From contig NC_045711.1 of assembly GCF_009834535.1 (NCBI RefSeq), positions 20,398,001 through 20,462,000 on the forward strand: DNA of 64,000 nt, written 5' to 3'. Positions 59,301-64,000 of the stretch are shown here, piece after piece (the stretch's first letter is position 1; each line of letters starts with the position of its first letter). Under the pieces are notes generated by a model, which made no database searches, was not told the origin of the DNA, and was given only the letters and a program-made list of their open reading frames with translations. The DNA is from Camelus ferus (taxonomy: Eukaryota). The translations under genes were made by a program, and so were the position numbers.

Positions 59301-60081
59301 CGCGCAGGCAGACGGCTCCCACCCACCTGGACAGGTTTGGGTGGTCCATGCGCACAGGGTTTCTTCCAGGGAGAACACTCCCAGGGTCCACCCACCCTTC
59401 AACCAGGAGACAGCTGGAGACAACTGGTGTTTGCAGTCACCAGAGGCCTCCAAGGCGGGCAACCCCGGGCCCAGCTGTCACCCTCCCCTCCCGTCCGCTG
59501 CGGTAGCCAGACCACCACCTCCATCTGGCAGCAGTTGGGGGGGGTGGTGACCCACCCACACCTAGAGGGTATTTTCTGCAGGGTCCAGCCTTGGGAGTAC
59601 TGGTTGATGTGGGAGAAAGGCTCTGGGACCAAAATGTATCACAAAGTACAAAAGCCTGTATTTCAGAACTGCCGGAGAGAGGGCGTGCTGGGGCCGCTGA
59701 GCTCAGGGTTGCTGTTAGAAGGTGACTGAACAGAGGCGGAGGGGCATGGAGGGCTCAGGGCCGCTCCCCCGTCTTCCATCAGGGTCTGTGCTCTCAGGCA
59801 CATCCTCCTCCTCCCTGGGACTGGACCCAAGGAGTGGGGAAGGGCCAGGGCCCACTACAACCCCCAACCCCCTTGGCCAGCCCTCTGGACCCCTGCAGCG
59901 GGGCTGCTCTCAGATCCACCCCGCCACTGATTTTCCGAGTCACCAGCTGTAGACTCTGCCCAAACAGCCCGGGCCTGCCCGATGGATGGCCTGTCCCTTG
60001 AGAGGAAGGGATGGGCAGCAGTATGACCCAGACGTCCGGCAGATGCCACCTTCCTGCTGCTTGGAGTTTTCCTGCCTCCCC

Positions 60082-63000
60082 TCATTTCTGGGGGCTCAGG
60101 GTCCTCAGGGGGGACCCTTGCACATAAGCCAGGACAGCATTTTGCAGAAAGCTGGCCCTCTGGGCCTCCTCATCCCGGATCCGGGCGATCTCCGCTTCCT
60201 TGAGTCGAAGCTTCTCGCGGAGGGAGGCGTTCTCGCTCTCCCTGTCCAGCAGTGCCTCCCGGTGGTCACTCGCGATCACTGCAGGGAGGAAGCTTGGTGA
60301 GGAAGGGGCGCTGGGCGCTGTCTGGGCGCCTGCCATTCCAGAAGCCCCCTGGGGGCTGGGGGACCAGGCTTGCTCACTTGCCTCTTGTGCCAGGACCTCC
60401 GGGAGCTGAGACCTCAGCCAGGCTCGGCAGGCCAGGCCAGCCCCCTGTGGGACGACCCAGTGAGGGAGGTCCTGCAGAGACGCTGTGGGGGGCTCCGGGC
60501 CCAGCTCACCTTTCAGGTGGCGCTCCAGGGCTGCCACCTTCTCCTTAAGCGCTTCCTGGGCCGTCAGCTCAGCTTTCAGGCGGCCTTTCTGCTCCTGCAG
60601 CTCCACCCGCACCCTGGTCACTTCGGCGACCTTTTCCTGGTCCTTGTTGCTCAGTTCCTGCCAAGCATGTGGGTGGGTGGGGGGTGAGATGGAGGCTGGG
60701 GCAGGGGCACCCCCGGTAGCCCTCAAAGTCCCAGCTACCTGCTGCAGCTCCTCCAGGCGCCGCTGCAGGCCCTCCACCTGCAGGCCCAGCTGGCTGGCCC
60801 TCGCCTGGGCATCGGCCACCGTCTGCTTCTGCTGCAGGCAGGCGCTCTGAGCCTCGTCCCGCGCCTGCGCCAGCAGCCGCAGCTTCTCCTCCAGGTGAGC
60901 CAGGCGCTGCTGCTGCAGGCATGGGGGAGGGGCTGGTGAATTGCTTTCTGGCCCGTGGCCGTGAGCTCACGTGGGCAGTGACCCCCTACTCCCCGCTTCA
61001 GGCTGAGAGGAGCTTTTATTTGCTGTGTGGAAACCGCACTGTCGCTAAAGTTGTTACGAATACTGCTCTGAATGGGCTCAGCTTGAACAGGGAGCCTCTG
61101 GGGACCACTCTCCCCGGGCTCCTCCTCCGGGCCCCAGGCTGATGCCATCCTGCCCTCTGGTCTCCCACTTCCACCATGCCGTCACGGGCTGCACGTTTGG
61201 GCCAAACCCCTTCCCCACGGGCCTGGAAGATGTTGGCTCTTTGTGGGGGGTGGATGTGGTCTGACTCTTCCCCACTCCTGCACCCCTGGAGCTTCCATTC
61301 TTGACTCCGTCCCTACAGAGATAGGGGACAGCCCTGATCTGGCCCCATGAAGCCTGCGGTGCCGTACAATCCAGAGAGCCCCTGGCAGCCCCTCAGACCT
61401 CTCCCTATGGTGGGCGCTGCCAGCAGTAGGCAGCGGCCTTGGGCTCACCTCCTCCAGACGGACTTGGTTCTTGGCCTTGACAAGCTCCTCCTCGGCTTGG
61501 CTCCGCTCACTGAGCGCTGCTGCCTTAGCCCGGCTCAGCTCCTGCACCACAGACAGCAATCCCTGGGTCCTTCCTGCAGCCCAGGGACCCATCCCGGCCA
61601 CATCCGGCCTCCCCAGGGGAGGGCAGAGCTCCAGCGCCCAGCTCACCTCCTCCAGGGACAGCCGCGCGGCTTCCAGCCTCTGCACCCTCTCCTGCATGGC
61701 CCTCTCACTCTCCTCCAGGTGCCGAGTCATGTGTTCCACCTGCGGGGCGCAGGGATGGGGCCGGCAGGCTGGCTCCCCAACCTTCAGCTCATCGGATCCC
61801 CACCCCAGGAGGCAAGTGAATCATGGGGACCCTTCCAGGTGGGGGCTCGTGGTGGGGTGGACATGGTGCTGATGGGACGCGTGTCCTCATCTGACCTTTC
61901 CAAGCGAGGGCTGCCCCAAGCAGCCTTGCAGGTAGCGAGGATGGAGGGTCCATCCCAGCGCTGTCCACCCCCCACCCCCCGATGGCACGGAGCACGTGGC
62001 GGCTTGCACTGGGGTGACAGCATGGTCAGGGTCCCTTCTAGAAACTGGTCAGGAGGTTCTGGGTCTGACACCTGCCAGGACTGGTGGAGAACCGCCACCA
62101 GAGCCCCACGGGCTCCTGGGGGAGCGCACTGGGAGTGTGCCTTGACACTGTGTCAGACCGAGGTGTCCACAGGCCCTGGTGGGGACGTGAGGGACAAAGG
62201 CCAGAGAACGTGACCAATGAGGAACCTCCGTGAAGCGCAAGTGCTCCGAGTCCTCCAGGCTCTGCCGGGACCTCTTCTTCTCGAGCTCCAGGCGCTCTGG
62301 AAGCACGGGGGATCGCGTGGGCAGGGCTCCTCTGGTGGCCCCCTGGCTCCCAGGGTCCCCGTCTCCAGGCCCCAGCAGCTGGCCTGGTGTGCCTACCTTC
62401 GGCCTGGACTGCCCGCAGCTTCAGCTCGGCAGCCGTGTTGCTCAGCTCCTGCCGGGCCAGGAACAGCTGCTCCTGCTGAGACTTCGCCTTCCGCTCCAGC
62501 TTGTCCACCTGAGCCAGTGTCCAGGGAGGGAAGCTTAGGTCCCTGTCGCGAAGCCCCACCCCGGGCTCTCCAGGCGCCTGGCCCCACGCCCCCAGACCTG
62601 GTTTCGCAGAAGCAGGTTCTTTTCGTTGGCAGCAGACAAGTCTCTGAGGAGCTTTGACTCCCGCTCTGCAGCTTCCTGGGGGTGAGACAGGGAAAGGGCG
62701 CCACTGGCCACCCGCCGCCATGCCCCACCTGCCTGCCCCACGCCCGCCTGCCGCCCAGCCCTCCCTGCCCACCTGCTGCTCCAGCCTGTGCTCCTTCGCC
62801 TGTCTCTGTGCCTGGCTCCGACGTTCCTGTTCTGCAGCGGCCAGGAGCTCCCCCAGGTCCCGGGCCTTCTGCTCCGACAGAGCCAGGGCGGCCTCAGCCA
62901 TCTGCAGCCTGCAAGGAGGAAGAGCCAGCCTTGCCAGCCGACCGTGAGCTCCGCCCCGGCCCCGCCTCCAGCCTTGCTAAGTCCTTGCTGTTCTCCCTCG

Positions 63001-64000
63001 TGCCAGGTGTCTACCCAGCTAACACTCGGCTCCTCCAAAAAGCCTTCCCAAGTCGGCACCCCAGCCGCTTCCCACTTCTACTTTGTACACTGGGGTCTTG
63101 AGTCCTCGCCTGGACGGTCCTCCTCTGCCCTGTGGGCAGGTCTCTAAAGTGTTCCAAAGCACCCCCGACCCCAGTCCTGTGCTCTGTCCCTCCTTACTTG
63201 GCCTTGAGGGCTTTGATGACGGAGTGCCTCTCGTCCAGGGCTTCCTGAAGCTGCCCTACACGCACTGCTGATGCCCTGCGGGCCAAGAGGAAGGTCCACG
63301 AAGCCCAAGCCCCAGAGCCTCTCCGGGGTTGGCCCTGTAGCAGCCGCTGGTCGTCATGCTCACACAGTGGGCTGAGAATGTGCTCGGTGCTGCCTCTGAC
63401 CCTCCAGCCCACTGGCTCAGGGAATACACCCCACGACCACAGGTGAGGTCACTCTGAGGCTAGAGCCGGGATTCGAACCCCGGGCACCTCCACCGCGCCG
63501 CCCCTCTGCCCCCAGTTCTGGGGCCATGCTCACCTGCTGCTCCGGGCCATCTCTTCTCTCTGCCTGTCAATCGTCTCCATCAAGTCCAGGAACTGGGGAC
63601 AGAACCGGACAGAACCCCTTCAGGGTCCAGAGCCTGCCCGCTGCCCATGCGGGCGGGAAGGTGGCCAACATGCACTGAGGCAGCAGGACACCAAGCGGCT
63701 CAGCCCCATCCAAACGGAGGATGGGTCCCATGAAGGGGAACCCACCCACCCAGCCAGAGGGCATCAAACAAGAGGCTGCCTCCTGGGCCTGGGTGGGCTG
63801 TTTGGAGAGATTCCAGGGCCAAAGGAGTGAGATGGCCCTGGCACTGGGCCAAGGGGGGGCCCTTCATCCACAGGGCAGGGCTGGGGTTGCGGCCGGGCAG
63901 GCGTCTGCGGTCAGAGACGGTGCCACCCTCACCTGCTTGGACTTCTCTTCCCGGAGGTGCTGCACCTCCTTGCTGAGCACGTGGGTGCGGGCCTGGTTCT
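60082..64000 (-). CDS. LRRC45: Leucine-rich repeat-containing protein 45 (centrosome linker), 3' coiled-coil part; 5' end lies beyond the window
   Basis: Exons in transcript order: >63933-64000, 63534-63592, 63198-63275, 62773-62908, 62598-62675, 62397-62508, 62226-62296, 61647-61739, 61449-61541, 60739-60912, 60510-60657, 60082-60278. Ends ...[21 protein letters not shown]; the position next to RAC3 agrees with synteny. Confidence 0.95.

Overview
GC-rich, gene-dense mammalian genomic DNA syntenic with human chr17q25.3, shown here in reverse orientation. The tRNA-Ala-derived SINEs look like the camelid Vic-1 family, so the species is probably an alpaca, llama or camel (inferred). Gene order: FASN (+, partial, 39 coding exons from the ketosynthase domain to the stop), an old L1/SINE block, DUS1L (+), GPS1/CSN1 (-), RFNG (+, head-to-head with GPS1), a repeat-rich intergenic region with an assembly gap, a CBR2 paralogue (+), DCXR (+), RAC3 (-) and the 3' part of LRRC45 (-). 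Exons were traced by hand from splice sites and reading phase. Orthology and repeat-family calls rest on recalled reference sequences, not on database searches. Strongest observation: the CBR2 (lung tetrameric carbonyl reductase) copy keeps its full 8-exon, 244-codon layout and TATA box. It nevertheless carries a TAG at codon 2, an AG>GG splice-acceptor loss and a substitution of the SDR catalytic-tetrad Asn, so it looks like a lineage-specific unitary pseudogene. Other notable points: three +1 frameshifts in FASN (probably assembly errors), loss of the last FASN intron, a 120-bp duplication that copies a GPS1 splice donor, a coding repeat expansion in the RFNG stem, a possible gene-conversion tract between CBR2 and DCXR, and an ERVL gag relic just upstream of the CBR2 promoter.
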